A stretch of 64,000 bases of DNA from Carcharhinus amblyrhynchos (lineage: Eukaryota): NCBI GenBank assembly GCA_965287045.1, contig OZ336876.1, positions 57,288,001-57,352,000 of the forward strand, in the 5' to 3' direction. Positions 1 to 13,226 of this stretch are shown here, piece by piece. Below the pieces are notes generated by a model. The model had not been told where the DNA came from and ran no database searches. It saw nothing but the letters and a program-made list of their open reading frames with translations. A program made the translations under genes and the position numbers. Each line of letters opens with the position of its first letter. Position 1 is the first letter of the stretch.

Positions 1-245
1 ACATACAAACTGACTCAAGGACAGCTTCTTCCCTGCTGCAATCAGACTTTTGAATGAACCTATCATATATTAAGCTGATCTTTCTCCTCACCTCCGTCAG
101 TAGCTACAACACTATATTCTGCATCCTATCCTTTCCTTCTCCCCTATGTACTCTATGAACAGTATGTTTTGTCTGTATGTTCACAAGAAACAGTGTTTTT
201 CACTGTATCCCAATACATGTGATACTAATAAATCGATCAATTTAA
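1..245 (+). mobile_element. Rex1/Babar-type LINE 3' end
   Basis: Encodes the LKDSFFPAAIRLLN C-terminal motif followed by a 3' UTR. Homologous to the copies at 27.6, 36.8 and 62.7 kb. Confidence 0.7.
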
Positions 246-539
246 ACAAAAGTTATAGAGTTTAATTTTGTTTCGTACTCATATGATAGTGCCGATGGGC
301 TAAATCTTAAAACACCGATTGTATGTATTTTACTTAATGGCACAAGACATAACCTAATCCACAGATACTAAAAGCTAGATTTGTAAATTATTCTCGGTAT
401 ATTTTCATGTCAGTGTGCCAGATGCATAACCAGTCACCGACATTACCTAGAGCACATGTATCCATTTGAGTCACTACTATGGAAATAAAATTACTCTCAC
501 TCAAATTTATTGCCAACATAACACGTTCAGAAGAAAATT

Positions 540-775
540 CATGTTTGCACAAGCTCCCCGTGTCTGTGTGGGTTTCCTCCGGGTGCTCCAGTTTCCTCCC
601 ACAGTCCAAAGATGTGTGGGTTAGGTGGATTGGCCATGTTGAATTGCCTGTTAGTGTCAGGGCGACTAGCTAGGAGTTATACATAGAGTTATGGAGATAA
701 AGTCTGGGTGGGATTGTGGTCGGTGCAGACTCGATGGGCTGAATGGCCTCCTTCTGCACTGTAGAATTCTATGAT
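540..775 (+). mobile_element. HE1/V-SINE-like tRNA SINE, 5'-truncated, CR1-type tail
   Basis: V-domain core gtgggtttcctccgggtgctccagtttcctcccacagtccaaagatgtg; tail gggctgaatggcctccttctgcactgta. Confidence 0.8.
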
Positions 776-1059
776 CCTACTCCTTACTGCCAACTTTATT
801 GACCAAGTTAATTTGTGCGACTGACAATCAGGGGTTCAGGAAGCTGAGTTCCTTTTCACAAATAAACTGACAGAAAATAGACAATGCATAGAGAAGTAAC
901 AGCAGAGTCTGCTCAATCACTCTGATGGTGACAGAGCATTTCATTGACCACAGCTGGAATCTTCAGTCTTGTCAGAATGACAAAGCAGAAAAAAAAACAA
1001 GTGATACCAGTATAAGATCACTAATTATAAACTGACCAAGGAAAAAATACTATTTCTTA

Positions 1060-1348
1060 AGGATGGAATGCTGGTACAGTGGTTAGCACTACTGCCTCAC
1101 AGCACCAGGGATCCAGGTTCAATTCCAGCCTTGGGTCACTGTCTGTATGGAGTCGGCACGTGTCCCCATATCTGCATGCTTTTCTCTGGTTTCCTCACAG
1201 TCCAAAGATGTGCAGGTTAGACGGATTGGCCATGATAAATTGTCCCTTAATGTCAGAGGGATGAGCAGGATAAATATGGTGATAGGGCCTGGTGGGATTG
1301 TTGTTGATGCAGGCCTCTTTCTGCACTGTAGGAATTCTATTTTATGAC
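1060..1348 (+). mobile_element. HE1/V-SINE-like tRNA SINE
   Basis: A box gtggttagcact, B box ggttcaattcc, V-domain core and CR1-type tail. Confidence 0.85.
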
Positions 1349-2042
1349 TATTTCTTGAGTACAACAATGTAATCCCATATATAACAGGCACCATTTTACT
1401 GGAAGTTTATATTTTCCATGGACTTGGAAAGGAAAAAGTCAATTCCCAAATCATTTAATGTATGACTCTCATTGTTTGTCAATTCACTTAAGAGCTTTAC
1501 CCTGTGAAATTGCACTGCAAGTGGATTAAATGCTTAGGAGGATTGCGGGCTTTGTTTATTATTTCATCACAGCAATTTAATTCTTTCTCAATACCTTTCC
1601 TGATGTCTGATTATTCTCAGGAACCACAGAGAGTGTAGGAATGAGAAGAAATGTCTCTGTCCATTTGGGGTTCATCATTTTGCAATCCAGATCTTTGAAG
1701 CAATGTTTTGACTTGTCATTAAAGCTCTGTCTCTCATGTCTAACTACAACATTGCTACCTAGCTCTCAATTTACAACTTATTATTTTGGCATAAGTCTGC
1801 TTCAATTTCCTACCAACTCAAATCAATATTGCTGCTGTTTGACATTTTTAAAAATAAAATTACTGATCTCAAGCCACTGGAGGACCGAGAGTCAATTTAA
1901 GTAAGTGAGCACATGGGTGATTGGTGTCAGAGAAAATGAAGTTTACAGCAAGTGGAGAGTGGGAATCCTGCCAGGAGGCAGTTAGAATAGATGAGTCTGG
2001 CCAAAGGGTAAGCCCAATGTGTAAAATGGAAATCCTTTGTAA

Positions 2043-3192
2043 GAACATAAGAACTCGGAGCAAGAGTAGGCCATCTGGCCGCTTGAGCCTGCTCCATTAT
2101 TCAATAAGACCATAGCTGATTTTTTCATGAACTCAGCTCCACTTCACTGCCACTCACCATAACCCTTAATTCCTTTACTGTTCAAAAATCTATCTTTGCC
2201 TTAAAAAACATTGAATGAGGTAGCCTCAACTGCTTCACTGGGCAGGAAGTTCCAGATTCACAATCCTTTGGGTGAAGAAATTCCTTCTCAGTTCAGTCCA
2301 AAATCTGCTCCCATTTATTTTGAGGCTATGTCCCCTAGTTCTAGTTTCACTCGCCAGTGGAAACAACCACACTGTTTTTATCTTATCTATTCCCTTCATA
2401 ATTTTATGCTTCTTTAAGACCCCCCTCATTCTTCTCAATTCCAATCAGTATATTCCAAGTCTACTCAGTCTCTCTTCATAAGCCAACCCTCTCAACTCCA
2501 GAATCAACCTAGTGAATCTCCTCTGCACCCCCTTCAATGCCAATTCATCCTTTCTCAAGTAAGGAGACCACAACTATACACAGTACGCCAGGTGTGGCCT
2601 CAACAGTGCCATACACAGCTGCAACATAACTTCTCTATTTTTAAACTCCATTCCTCTAGCAATGAAGGAGAAAATTCCATTTTCTGCACCTGCAAACCAA
2701 CATTTTGTGATTCATGAACAAGGAAGTCCAGGTCCCTTTGAACATGCTGCAATTTTTTACCAATTAAAAAATAGTCCATTTTGCTGTTATTCCTACCAAA
2801 ATGGATGACCTCACATTTGCCAACATTCTACTCCATCTGTCAGATCCTTGTCCATTCACTTAAACGATCTATATTACTTTGCAGATGTTCAGTGTTCCCT
2901 GCACACTTGGCTTTACCACTCATCTTAGTGACATCTGCGAACTTTGACACACTACACTTGGTCCCCAACTCCAAATCATCTATGTAAATTGGAAACAATT
3001 GCAATCCCTGAGGCACACTGATCGCCAAACAGAAAAACAGCTGTTTACTCTCACTCTTTGCTTTCTGTTAGTTAACCAATCTTCTATCTATGCCAATACA
3101 ATACCTATAATGCCGTGCACCTTTAGCTTATGCACTAGCTTTCTGTGCAGCACTCTGCTGAATGACTTCTGGAAATCCAGATACACCACATC
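2043..3192 (-). mobile_element. CR1 LINE 3' fragment (degenerate RT)
   Basis: ORF fragments with YIDDLE..SKFADVTK and TRGHSLKI..RRNFFTQR; aacataagaa tail. Confidence 0.9.
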
Positions 3193-4029
3193 GTAATGCA
3201 TGTACTCTAGAATACATTTAAAATAAGAAAAGGTGTCCTTATGACTTCTAGATATCAGTTGTTATTTTAACCGCTGGTCTACCTATTCAATGTGCTACCT
3301 AATTTTGAAATCTAAATAGCCAAATACATAATGGGAGATTTATGCCACTTTCTTTGCCCTTATTTAGTTTTCTTCCACATCCATGCTATTTTCAGGATTT
3401 TAACAATGGAACAATATCAGGCAAGTTAGTTTGACTCAACTTTAGGAAAGACAGGGTCATTTTTCTCTGCTTTAGGTTTGACAGAAAAACTAGGCACGTT
3501 GAATTAATCCAAATGTTTGAATTAATATAGTACTGTAGTTAACCAGGAGTTGTACATATCAACAGATCTGTCATTTCATTTTGAATGTAGGTGATCAGAC
3601 CATATAATGCACTTAACATGATAAGAGCAGGGGTTGGAAAAAATATCTGACATTTAATCAGAATAGTCATCATGACAATATCTGGAACAAATTTGACCTC
3701 CTTTAATAGTTACTTTTTGCTTCAGTCTTTTAAATTCAAGTTACTGAGCTCTTGCACTCTGAGTAATGCCACGCACTGTGGCATTGGTTCTAATAAAATC
3801 TCTGAAAGACAAAGGATTAAGAGGATGCCGTTGAAGTTGTCATGGAACTGCTAGCATTTAGATGATTTAAAACTGTATAATGAGTGCCTCACTGTTTTGA
3901 GCTGGATTTAATCATCTGCAAACAATGACATCGTATGAAACGAAAAAATGGCAATATACACAGAGACTATTATTGAAGATTATGTTTTTTCTGTGAAACA
4001 GAAAAATCATATTTCTAATGAAATCCCTG

Positions 4030-4440
4030 TTTTTCCTTCAGTCTTTTGAGGGATGTGTGGGTGTCACAGGCAAGGTCAATAATTTGCTGCCCATTCTTAA
4101 TTGCCCTTGAACTAAGTGGCTTGCTAAACCATTTTAGATGGCAGTTAAGAGTCAACCATATTGCTGTGGATCTGGACTCTCAAGTACACCAGACAGGCAA
4201 GTATGGCATGATTTCCTTTCCTAAAGGGCATTAGTGGACCAGATGAGTTTTCACAATAATTAATGATAGTTTTATGGTCATTATTACTGAAACTAGCTTT
4301 TTATTCCAGATTTATTTATTGAATTTAAATTCCAATGGTTACCACAGTGGAATTCAAATTCATATCCCCCTAGAATAAAAATGATCCTGGGCCTCAATTA
4401 CTAATCCAGTGACATTTCCACTACACCACCATCTCTCCCA
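4030..4440 (-). mobile_element. SacSINE1/DeuSINE-like tRNA SINE
   Basis: Reverse complement of the element at 43700-44050 (head, Deu-like core and LINE-type tail). Confidence 0.75.
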
Positions 4441-4714
4441 AAATTTAAAAACTTTGCATCAGGAAACGATAATGGGACAACAGAACACACTATCTGATTG
4501 GCCCAGTTAGCAGCATGCAAATAACGGCCCAAATCTTGCAACTGTACTCATGGTAAAATTGTTAGCATTAACCACAGAAATAAAAAAAATAAATACAGTC
4601 ACTGATACCCACTCCTCCACAGAGTGTGATGTTTCACTACTCTCAGGTGGAAATCAATAACAATCTACTGAACTGACGTGAACTTTCACATTTTATCACT
4701 GCAAAAATGTTCAT

Positions 4715-5210
4715 AAAAGCAGAGTACTGCAAATGCTGGAAATCCGAAAGAAACAGCAAATGCTGGAAATGTTCTGATAGCATCCATACAGAGAGAAACA
4801 AAGTTAACATCAAGTCTATCTCAGTCTTCTTCAGAATGAAAGAGAAGGAGAACTGTGATAGATTCTGTACTGTTTAAGAGGGTGTGGAACAGATGGAGAA
4901 AAATGGGTCAGGAAAGGTAGGAGCTAAGAGAGATTTGACAGAGATATTATGGGAACTAGGCCAGGTGTGTTAATAGTAGTATTAAAGACTAAAGAATGTG
5001 CTGATAGTGGCATAAAGGTTAACCTAGCAGAATGTCTTAATTGCAGAACAAGGGGCAAAACTGTAAAAACAGTATTTAAGAAAAAGTTGGAGATGGCCCC
5101 GTGGGGAAAGGGGATTTAAAAAATGGATTAAAAAAGGTTAAGATGATATTAAGAGTTTATGATCGTAAATTGTTGAACGCAGTGTTAAGTCCAGAAAGCT
5201 ACAAGTGCCT
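4715..5210 (-). mobile_element. Penelope-like element 3' end/pLTR, interrupted by CR1 (resumes about 7660-7690)
   Basis: Starts aaaagcagagtactgcaaatgctggaaatc, like the PLE terminus at 59780. The end of the ORF is similar to 60640-60700. Confidence 0.6.
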
Positions 5211-7658
5211 AGAACAAAGAAAATTACAGCACAGAAACAGGCCCTTCGGCCCTCCAAGCCTGCACCGACCATGCTGCCCGACTTAACTAAAACTCCCTAA
5301 CCTTCTGGCTGCCATATCCCTCTACTCCCATCTTATTCATGCACTTGTCAAGACGCCTCTTAAAAATTACTACCGTATCCATTTCCACTACCTCTGCCAG
5401 CAACGAGTTCCAGGCACCCACTAGTCTGCGTAAAAAATCTGCCTTGTACATCTCCTTTAAACCTTGCCCCCTCACACCTTAAACCTTTGCCCCTTAGTAA
5501 TTGACTCTTCCCCCCTGGGAAAAAGCTTCTGACTATCCACTCTGTCCATGTCTCTCATAATCTTGTAGACTTCTATCAGGTCGTCCCTCAACCTCCATCG
5601 CTCCAGCGAGAACAAACCAAGTTTCTCCAACCTCTCCTCATAGCTAATGCTCTCCATACCAGGCAACATCCTGGTAAATCTTTTCTGTACCCTCTCCAAA
5701 GTCTCCAACTCCTTCTGGTAGTGTGGCAACTAGAATTGAACACTTTATTCCAAGTACAGCCTAACTAAAGTTCTATAAAGCTGCAACACGGACGATGAAG
5801 GCAAGCATGCCGTATGCCTTCTTGACTAACTTCTCCACCTGCATTGCCACTTTCAGTGACCTATATACCTGTACACTCAGGTCCTTTCGCCTATCAATAC
5901 TCTTAAGGGTTCTACCATTTACTGTGTATTTCCAATCTGTGTTAGACCTTCCGAAATGCATTACCTCACATTTGCCCGGATTAAACTCCATCTGCCATCT
6001 CTCAGCCCAAGTCTCCAACTGATCTATATCCTGCTGTATCCTGATAGTCCTCATTGCTATCCGCAAATCCACCGACCTTTGTGTCGTCCCAAACTTACTA
6101 ATCAATCCAGTTACATTTTCCTCTAAATCATTTATATATTACAAACAGCAAAGATCCCAGCACTCATCCCTGAGGAACACCATTTGTCACAGCCCTCCAT
6201 TCAGAAACACACCCTTCCACTGCTACCCTCTGTCTTCTATGACTGAGCCAGTGTTGTATCCACCTTGCCAGCTCACCTCTGATCCCATGCAACTTCACCT
6301 TCTGCACCAGTCAGCTACGAGGGACCTTGTCAAAGGCCTTACTGAAGTCTATGTAGACAACATCCACTGCCCTACCCTCATCAATCTTCGTCACTTCCTC
6401 GAAAAACTCAATCATGCTCGTGAGACATGACCTTCCCTTCACAAAACCATGTTGCCTCTCACTAATATGCCCACTTACTTCCAAATGGGAACAAATCATG
6501 TCTCAAGGAATCCTCTCCAATAATTTCCCTACCACTGATGTAAGGCTTACCGGCCTGCATGGATTATTCTTGCTACCCTTCTTAAACAAAGGAACAACGT
6601 TGACTATTCTCCAATTCCTGACCTCCCCAGTAGCCAGTGAGGATAAAAAGATTTCTCTCAATGCCCCAGCAATTTCCTCCCTTGCCTCTCTCAATATTCT
6701 AGCGTATATCCCATCAGGCCCTGGGGGCTTGTCTACCTTAATGTTTGTCAGGAGCCCCAATATCTCCTTTTTGATCTCAACATGACTCAACCTATGTACA
6801 CATCCTTTCCCAGACTCATGATCCACCAAGTCCTTGTCTTTGGTGAATATGACGTAATGTACTCATTTAATACTTTGCCCATTTCCTCTGGCTCCACGCA
6901 TAGATTCCCTTCCTTGTCCTTGACTGGACCAACCCTCTCCCTGGCTACCCTCTTCTTTATATATGTATAAAAAGCCTTGGGATTCTCCTTAATCCTGCTG
7001 GCCAATGCTTTTTCATTACCCATTTTAGCCCTTCTTATTCCTTGTTCAAGTTTCTTTCTACTTTCCTTGTATTTCACACTTGCTTCGTGTGTTCCCAGCC
7101 TCTTAACTTTGACAAATGCTTCCTTTTTCTCTTTGACGAGGCTCACAATACCTCTCGTTACCCAGGTTCCCAAAACTTGCCATACTTAGTCTTCATCTTT
7201 CCAGGAATGTACCGGTCCTGAATCCCTATCAACTTACACTCGAAAGCCTCCCACACACCAGATGTTGATTTGTCCTCAAATATCTGTGCCCAATCTACAT
7301 TCTTCAGTTCCTGCCTAATATTGTTATAATTAGCATTCCCCAATTTAACACCTTAACTTGAGGGCTACACTAATCTTTATCCATCAGTACCTTAAAGCTT
7401 ACTGAATTGTGGTCACTATTCCCGAACTGCTCCCCTACTGAAACACTGACCACCTGGCCAGGCTCATTCGCCAATACCAGGTCCAATATCGCCCTTTCCC
7501 TAGTTGGACTATTGGACTATCTACATACTGTTTCAGGAAGCCCTTCTGGATGCTCCTTACAAACTCTGCCCCACCCACGCCCCTGGCACTGTCAGTTCCA
7601 GTCAATGTAGGGAAAATTAAAATCTCCCACCACAACAACCCTGTTACTTTTACACCTT
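5211..7658 (-). mobile_element. CR1 LINE, 5'-truncated, degenerate ORF2
   Basis: Frameshifted fragments: QHGFVKGRSCLT, IDFSKAFDKVP, KPPGPDGIYARILRE, WQMEFNPGKCEVMHFG, LERVQKRFTRMLPG. Confidence 0.95.
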
Positions 7659-7944
7659 GATCAAAAGATGAGGTGCTGTTCCAGTTTTAAAAAGTTAAGC
7701 CTTTTTGAGCACAGTATAAGGGGGATTTTTTGAAACAGTACACAATGTCACAATTACTGCTGAACAACTAAATGTCCTAAATTTCTCCATCCTGTGATAA
7801 AATTCTAGATTTTTAAAATAAAAATAATTTTCAAAATGTTTATGATATTTTAGCTTTTACTCTAGTCCCTTGTGCAAAAACTAATCTTTATTTTGCTTTC
7901 TCTGAAATTATAAAAAATGAAGCCTTAAACTTGTTTGTTACTTC

Positions 7945-8145
7945 AGAAAACATTGAACATATTCAGCAGATCAGGCAACATCTGTGGAGAGAAACAGAGT
8001 ATTTTTCAGGTTGATGATGACCCTTTATCAGAACCCCGACCTGAAACATTAACTCTGTTCCTCACTCCACAGATGCTGTTTGACCTGTTGACTATGCCCA
8101 GCATTTTCAGGTTTTAATACAAATTTCCAGCAGGATTTTGTTTTC
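7945..8145. mobile_element. Short inverted (fold-back) PLE pLTR remnant
   Basis: cagcagatcaggcaacatctgtggagagaaacagagt (7963-8000) pairs with actctgttcctcactccacagatgctgtttgacctgttg (8052-8090). Confidence 0.65.
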
Positions 8146-10349
8146 ATATTCCCTGGCTTTTCCCTGAGTGAGTTATTCAGTGCTATTGGCTTCTTTGCTT
8201 GCTTGATGACATTACCGTTATGTCATACCAGACACACCCTACAGCTGGTGCCAAAATGAAAATACATTTGCGAAAGGTGAAGTCTATGCCACAAACCTAA
8301 TTAGAATCATTTTTGGGCATCTTTCTTTGACGTCAGTGGCAAGTGTCTCCACTCACAACAAAATCCTCACTCCCGTCCTAAATACAAAGATCCATTCCGT
8401 CTACTTAAATAACGCTTACTATGTATATCAAATTCTTCAGAAGCATAGATAACATGCAAGCCCACAAGTGAAGAGTCAAAACAAGCTTAAGTTGGAGCTG
8501 GCATTAGAATGAATACACGTTGATTTGGAAGAAAAATATCACCATGTTTCATAAATTTGCAAAAACCACACATCATGTTTGCTATTCATGCTATGTGAGC
8601 AAGGACGGAATTAGCAGGCACTAAACTTCTTAGTTAACTCAAAACAGAACCAACAGCCCTGTTGTTTTATTGGCTGAAATATTGCACCTGGTTACAAAAA
8701 TCAAATTGGACAGCTAAACCAACTGCTTCAAAACAGATGCAGGAAATGATGACCAGCTGAGCTTTTGTTTTATTGCTGTGCTTGCATAACATTGGTCAAA
8801 CTCAGGAAACAAAAATAAATTAGATGCATTATAATAATTGTTTCAAATTATGGGTGAGGCAAGAAAAACCCTCGTTGACAAGTTTTCTTTTGGAAGTCAG
8901 GCATTGCAACTGGGTAAGAAGCTAGACCGTCTATTGCTATTTGTATTACATTGCTTAACACAGATGAAAGATTAGGTCTTTTGAAAGAACAGCAAAATGA
9001 TTTGCTTCTTTTGGGCATTGATACACTAATGCTACACCTCACTGCTGTTTAAGCAAACGGACTTTATGAGGTTATGAACATGTGCTGCACTGTCTATGCA
9101 GATTTGAGCATAATTATGTAACTTTGGTCCCTGAAGTACAATCCAACTTAGTACACTGTCTGTGCATTGAAAATGTTTGCAAATGATGAGGTGTTGGCAC
9201 TATGTTGTAACTGTGTTGGCAGAAATCACAAAGAGTTGACACCTGTCTGTGGTCTTACAATTGATTATGATATACAAGTGATAATGTTATACAGGTGACT
9301 GTGAGTGTAGTCTGCATTATATTGGTAATCAGATTGTAGAATTAGCATCTATACTATTTCATTCTGTTGCAGTTTATCCAGCTTCTACCCCAAAGCATCC
9401 TTGAATACAAGTTATGAAAAAACTGATTGGTGCTATTTCCCCAATGTGTTAAATTGTAATCATAAAATGATAACTTGTGCAAAAAAATTCTCCCAAATCC
9501 TTCCAATTTCAGCTAAGTTGTCAATGGAGGCTCGATAACTCACTGTAGCATTTTGTAAATAGTATATAGATGCATTATCCATCTACATACATTTTGTTAG
9601 AAGAATATAAGCCCGTTTATTTCCTCGTGGAGCTGAATTTTCTTGGATGTGTCCGGGTCACTTCAATAAAATTCGACTGGTTTTTGAAAATATTGCGCAG
9701 GGATAAGCAGCAGCCATGTCCAATAAATTATTAGCATACATCACTTCAATTTCTTCAGTGGTCAATTTTAATTTGCAAGGGCACAAAGGTTTTGGGGTAG
9801 ATGGTTATTAGAAGCACGACAATTGACAACGCATCAGAAAGCGGGCGTCATTCTGCCAACTTCTACATTTAACGATTAGCATTAGGCTGCATGCAAGCAA
9901 CCCTTTCAGAGATGGCAGGGTGGTAATTTCAATATATTAGTCGTTCAATTGCAGCAATATTAATGTGGCTTTTGGAATATAACTGAGTGCAGATTTCCTG
10001 GGCGTCTTGGAATGTGGCATTGAAAGTAACGTGATAACACAGCAGCAAGTAGGGGAAGACACGACAGGGAAGGATTGCATGGAACACTGAAACTTCAAGC
10101 TGATTTCTTGCCTGATTGGAAGGCTTTACTCACACCACTTAGGCTGTGGTGTTACTGTGTCACCTTTGAATGTTTGGATGTCGGATCTTCACTTTAGAAC
10201 GGTCATTCCTATCAAGTCAGCATGGTGTCTGGACCTCAAATGTGAATCAACATGACCAGCATCAGTAGGATCAGCAACAGTCTGCTCTTTAGAGAACTGT
10301 CTCTCCATAGCAGAGAGGGATTAAGCAGACAAGTGGAGGCCATATTGAC

Positions 10350-11300
10350 AATATAGGACCTACAGGCAGAGGATAAGCTTCCCCAATATGTTGGGCCACC
10401 AGTGTCTCAGGAGTCTCATGTTCTCAAGACAGCTGGTGACAAATATTTGCCATCTGCTGAACAAACTCAGCTGCAAAGTGGGCCTGGTGACTACACTTTA
10501 CCAGCGGCTGTCAAGGTCACTACCACTCTCTGTTTATTTGCTCATGGCTCCAGCAGAGGTCTGACGGAGACAACTGCAGGATCCCAGTTGACAGCTACAA
10601 ATGGTAACTGATGGCTTGTTTGCCAGGGCATCAATTATACTACCCTTTCCATCAATGATGCCAGTTATAACATGTAGGTGGTTGGGTTTGCATTTCTGTC
10701 TGTTTTCCCACAGGTGCACCACATCATCAAATGCATGCATGGTGAAATAAAGGAACCCCAGGTCACCCAAGAGTTCGCTAACTGCAAGAGTTCCATTCTG
10801 TCAATTTGTAGCTGGAGTGCAGCCACAAAAAGATGTTTATACAATGGTGCATGAGATTCATAAGCAGCTGCTTTTGACATCTGGCACTTTGCACTCCCTG
10901 ATCTCTTCAGGTTTCTAAAGAAGTTTACCAAACGACTGCTTGGAGACAGGGAAACCCGGGAAAATGTGCCTTATGATACCTGTGAGGAATCCGAGCAATA
11001 AAGCCTGTAAGTAATACAGTAAAAGTCATAAGACAACTGGATGCGTGTTAATGATGTGGTTCAGGTGCCTGGATAGGTCGTGAGACATCCTTCAGTAAGC
11101 ACCAGTCAGGGTCTCCAGAATGGTTTTGCTCTGCTGCATTCTGCGCAACATTGTACAGCAATGAGGTTTAGACCTGTGGGAAGAAATAGGCACAGAGCAC
11201 CTTCAAATGATTCTGAGGAAGAGGAATTGGCAACACAGATACAGCCATGACACCAGCAGCAGCAGATGCCACTGTCAGGGATGCCTCTTATTGCAAGCTT
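10350..11300 (+). pseudogene. PIF/Harbinger (HARBI1-like) DDE transposase fossil
   Basis: Collinear broken motifs: LPAAVKVTTTL, VTDGLFARA, FPQVHHIIKCMH (for FPxVxGxIDCTH), FHSVNL, LLGDR, WFRCLDRS, RVSRMVLLCCILRN. Confidence 0.8.
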
Positions 11301-11629
11301 CAGTTAGGTTCCACGAGTCCACCCACCTGATAGCAATACGCAAAAGCTAATCCGACCCATTCCCTCAACATTAGTCAGTCTTGCAAACAACGAAGCATCC
11401 CTTTCAGTGACCTGCCACCACCATCCCTGTCCCTGTCCACTGTTCAACATCAACTCTTGTCTTATCATTTATTAAAAGTGAAAAAGCCAAGTAGGAATCA
11501 AAAATGGGCAAGATGGAAAAATCCTGCAAACAAATAATATTTATGGTTCAAAAATTAACCAATAACTTAATGTATGTAACATATTCATGCAAAAGCACAA
11601 CTAATTTCTACTCTTTCTATTACTAGCAC

Positions 11630-12170
11630 TTTTTTATTCATTTGTGAGGCAGACATCGCTGACTGGCCAGTATTTATTACCCATCTCTAGTTGTCCTTAA
11701 CAAGGTGATGGCGAATTGCCTTCTTGAATTGCTGCAGTCCATGTACTGTGGGTTGACTCACAATGCTGTAGGGAAGGAATTTCAGGATTTTGACCTAGCA
11801 ACAGTGAAGGAACGGCAACATATTGCCAAGTCAGGATGGTGAGTGATGTGGAGGGGAACTTGTAGGTGGTGGTGGTCCCATGCATCTATTGCCCTAGATG
11901 TAAGTGGATGTGGTTTTGGAAGGTGCTGTCTAAAGATCATTGGTGAGTTGTTGCAGTGCATCTTGTAGATAGGACACACTGCTACTACTGAGCATCAGTG
12001 GTGGACAGAGCGGATGCTTGTAGATATGGTACCATTCAAGCTTGCTGCTTTGTCCTGGATGGTGTCGAGCTTCTTGAGTGTTGTTGGAGCTGCATCCATC
12101 TAGGCAAGTATTCCATCACACTCCTGGTTTGTGCCTTGTACATGGTGGACAGGCTTTGGGGAGTCATTTG
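11630..12170 (-). mobile_element. CR1/L2-group LINE 3' fragment, tail shared with the SacSINE1-like SINE
   Basis: IYKMHCNNSP..RQHLPKP motif; 3' tail matches 43990-44050 and 59030-59530. Confidence 0.75.
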
Positions 12171-12952
12171 ATGTTCCACTCAGGTAGCTAAAGGCCTGTA
12201 GCATCATCCCACTCATGTTCGTGAAGGGCTTTTCCAATCTCTGTGCAATTGTATGGTGTGGCCGAGAAGCTTTACTATATTTCACGCACACTATTTACTC
12301 TGGTTTCAATATTCTCTTCATCATTGGCCCTCTAAAACCCAACAGCTGCATCAATCGCAGCAGCACCTAGTATATCTTAAGCCTCTGATATGGGCACTGA
12401 TTGTTGTTTTTGTCTCCACAACAAGCTCTTGCTCATTTGTGATGTGCGACTTACCAAGTGAAAAAAACAACTATCTTTCTTACCAGTTTTACTGAAATGA
12501 AACTATCTGAGGGGGGGCACAGCTTTCATGAGTCCTGATACAGTCCACCCTCAGACAGAGTGACCACATTTGAGGAGTTGTTGTTGTCATCTTCTTACAC
12601 CACCTGTTAGAAATACCTTGTTCATCGTAATGTTTAGTAGACATCCTGCTCCTACAATATTGCAAAATTAATATCCAGTCCAATATGTCTGACATGGTGC
12701 AACAGCAGAATTAATTTCTCCTTTGGATTTAGATGCTTGCAGAATTCTTGGAGCCAAATGCTTTCCACTCTCTCTGGCAACGTTACATCTTGTGAGGTGA
12801 TGGGCTGTACCTTGCTGTTTAACTCTGATAGCCCGGTGTGGTTCAGGAGCTCTATACTGCATGGCACTCTCTGCTGCAGATGAAGGCAATTAGAGTTTCT
12901 ACTGCTAGAATGAGAACTATTTTCTGTTGCCATTAAGAAAGTGAAAATACTT

Positions 12953-13226
12953 GGACCTGAATTTTACTCTTCAGGTGCATCTGAAGTCAGTGCAGGCAGA
13001 AGCAGATGTGAAACCCGCCCACCCAGCATACTGAGTATCTGCCCGCTGGGCTCACACAGAGCAGGGGTGGGAATCCCAGGTCAAATGGGGTCCCGGCAAT
13101 GGGGTTTAAAACATTGGAGGCAATCCCCTGAATGCTGCCAGGAGTTGAGGAGGAGATTGAGAGAGCTACATCCAAACCCTAGAAGAATGTAGCCATTCTC
13201 AGGCAAAGGCATCAGTTCCCAGTGGT
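12953..13226 (+). mobile_element. Probable Harbinger element left end, interrupted by CR1
   Basis: Begins ggacctgaattttac, resembling the MITE terminus at 51697. A Myb/SANT fossil follows beyond the CR1 at 15674. Confidence 0.4.

Noticed and set aside
12489-12933. Overlapping 68-93-aa ORFs as a processed pseudogene
   Set aside because: No protein family was recognised. It may be decayed transposon sequence but I cannot assign it.
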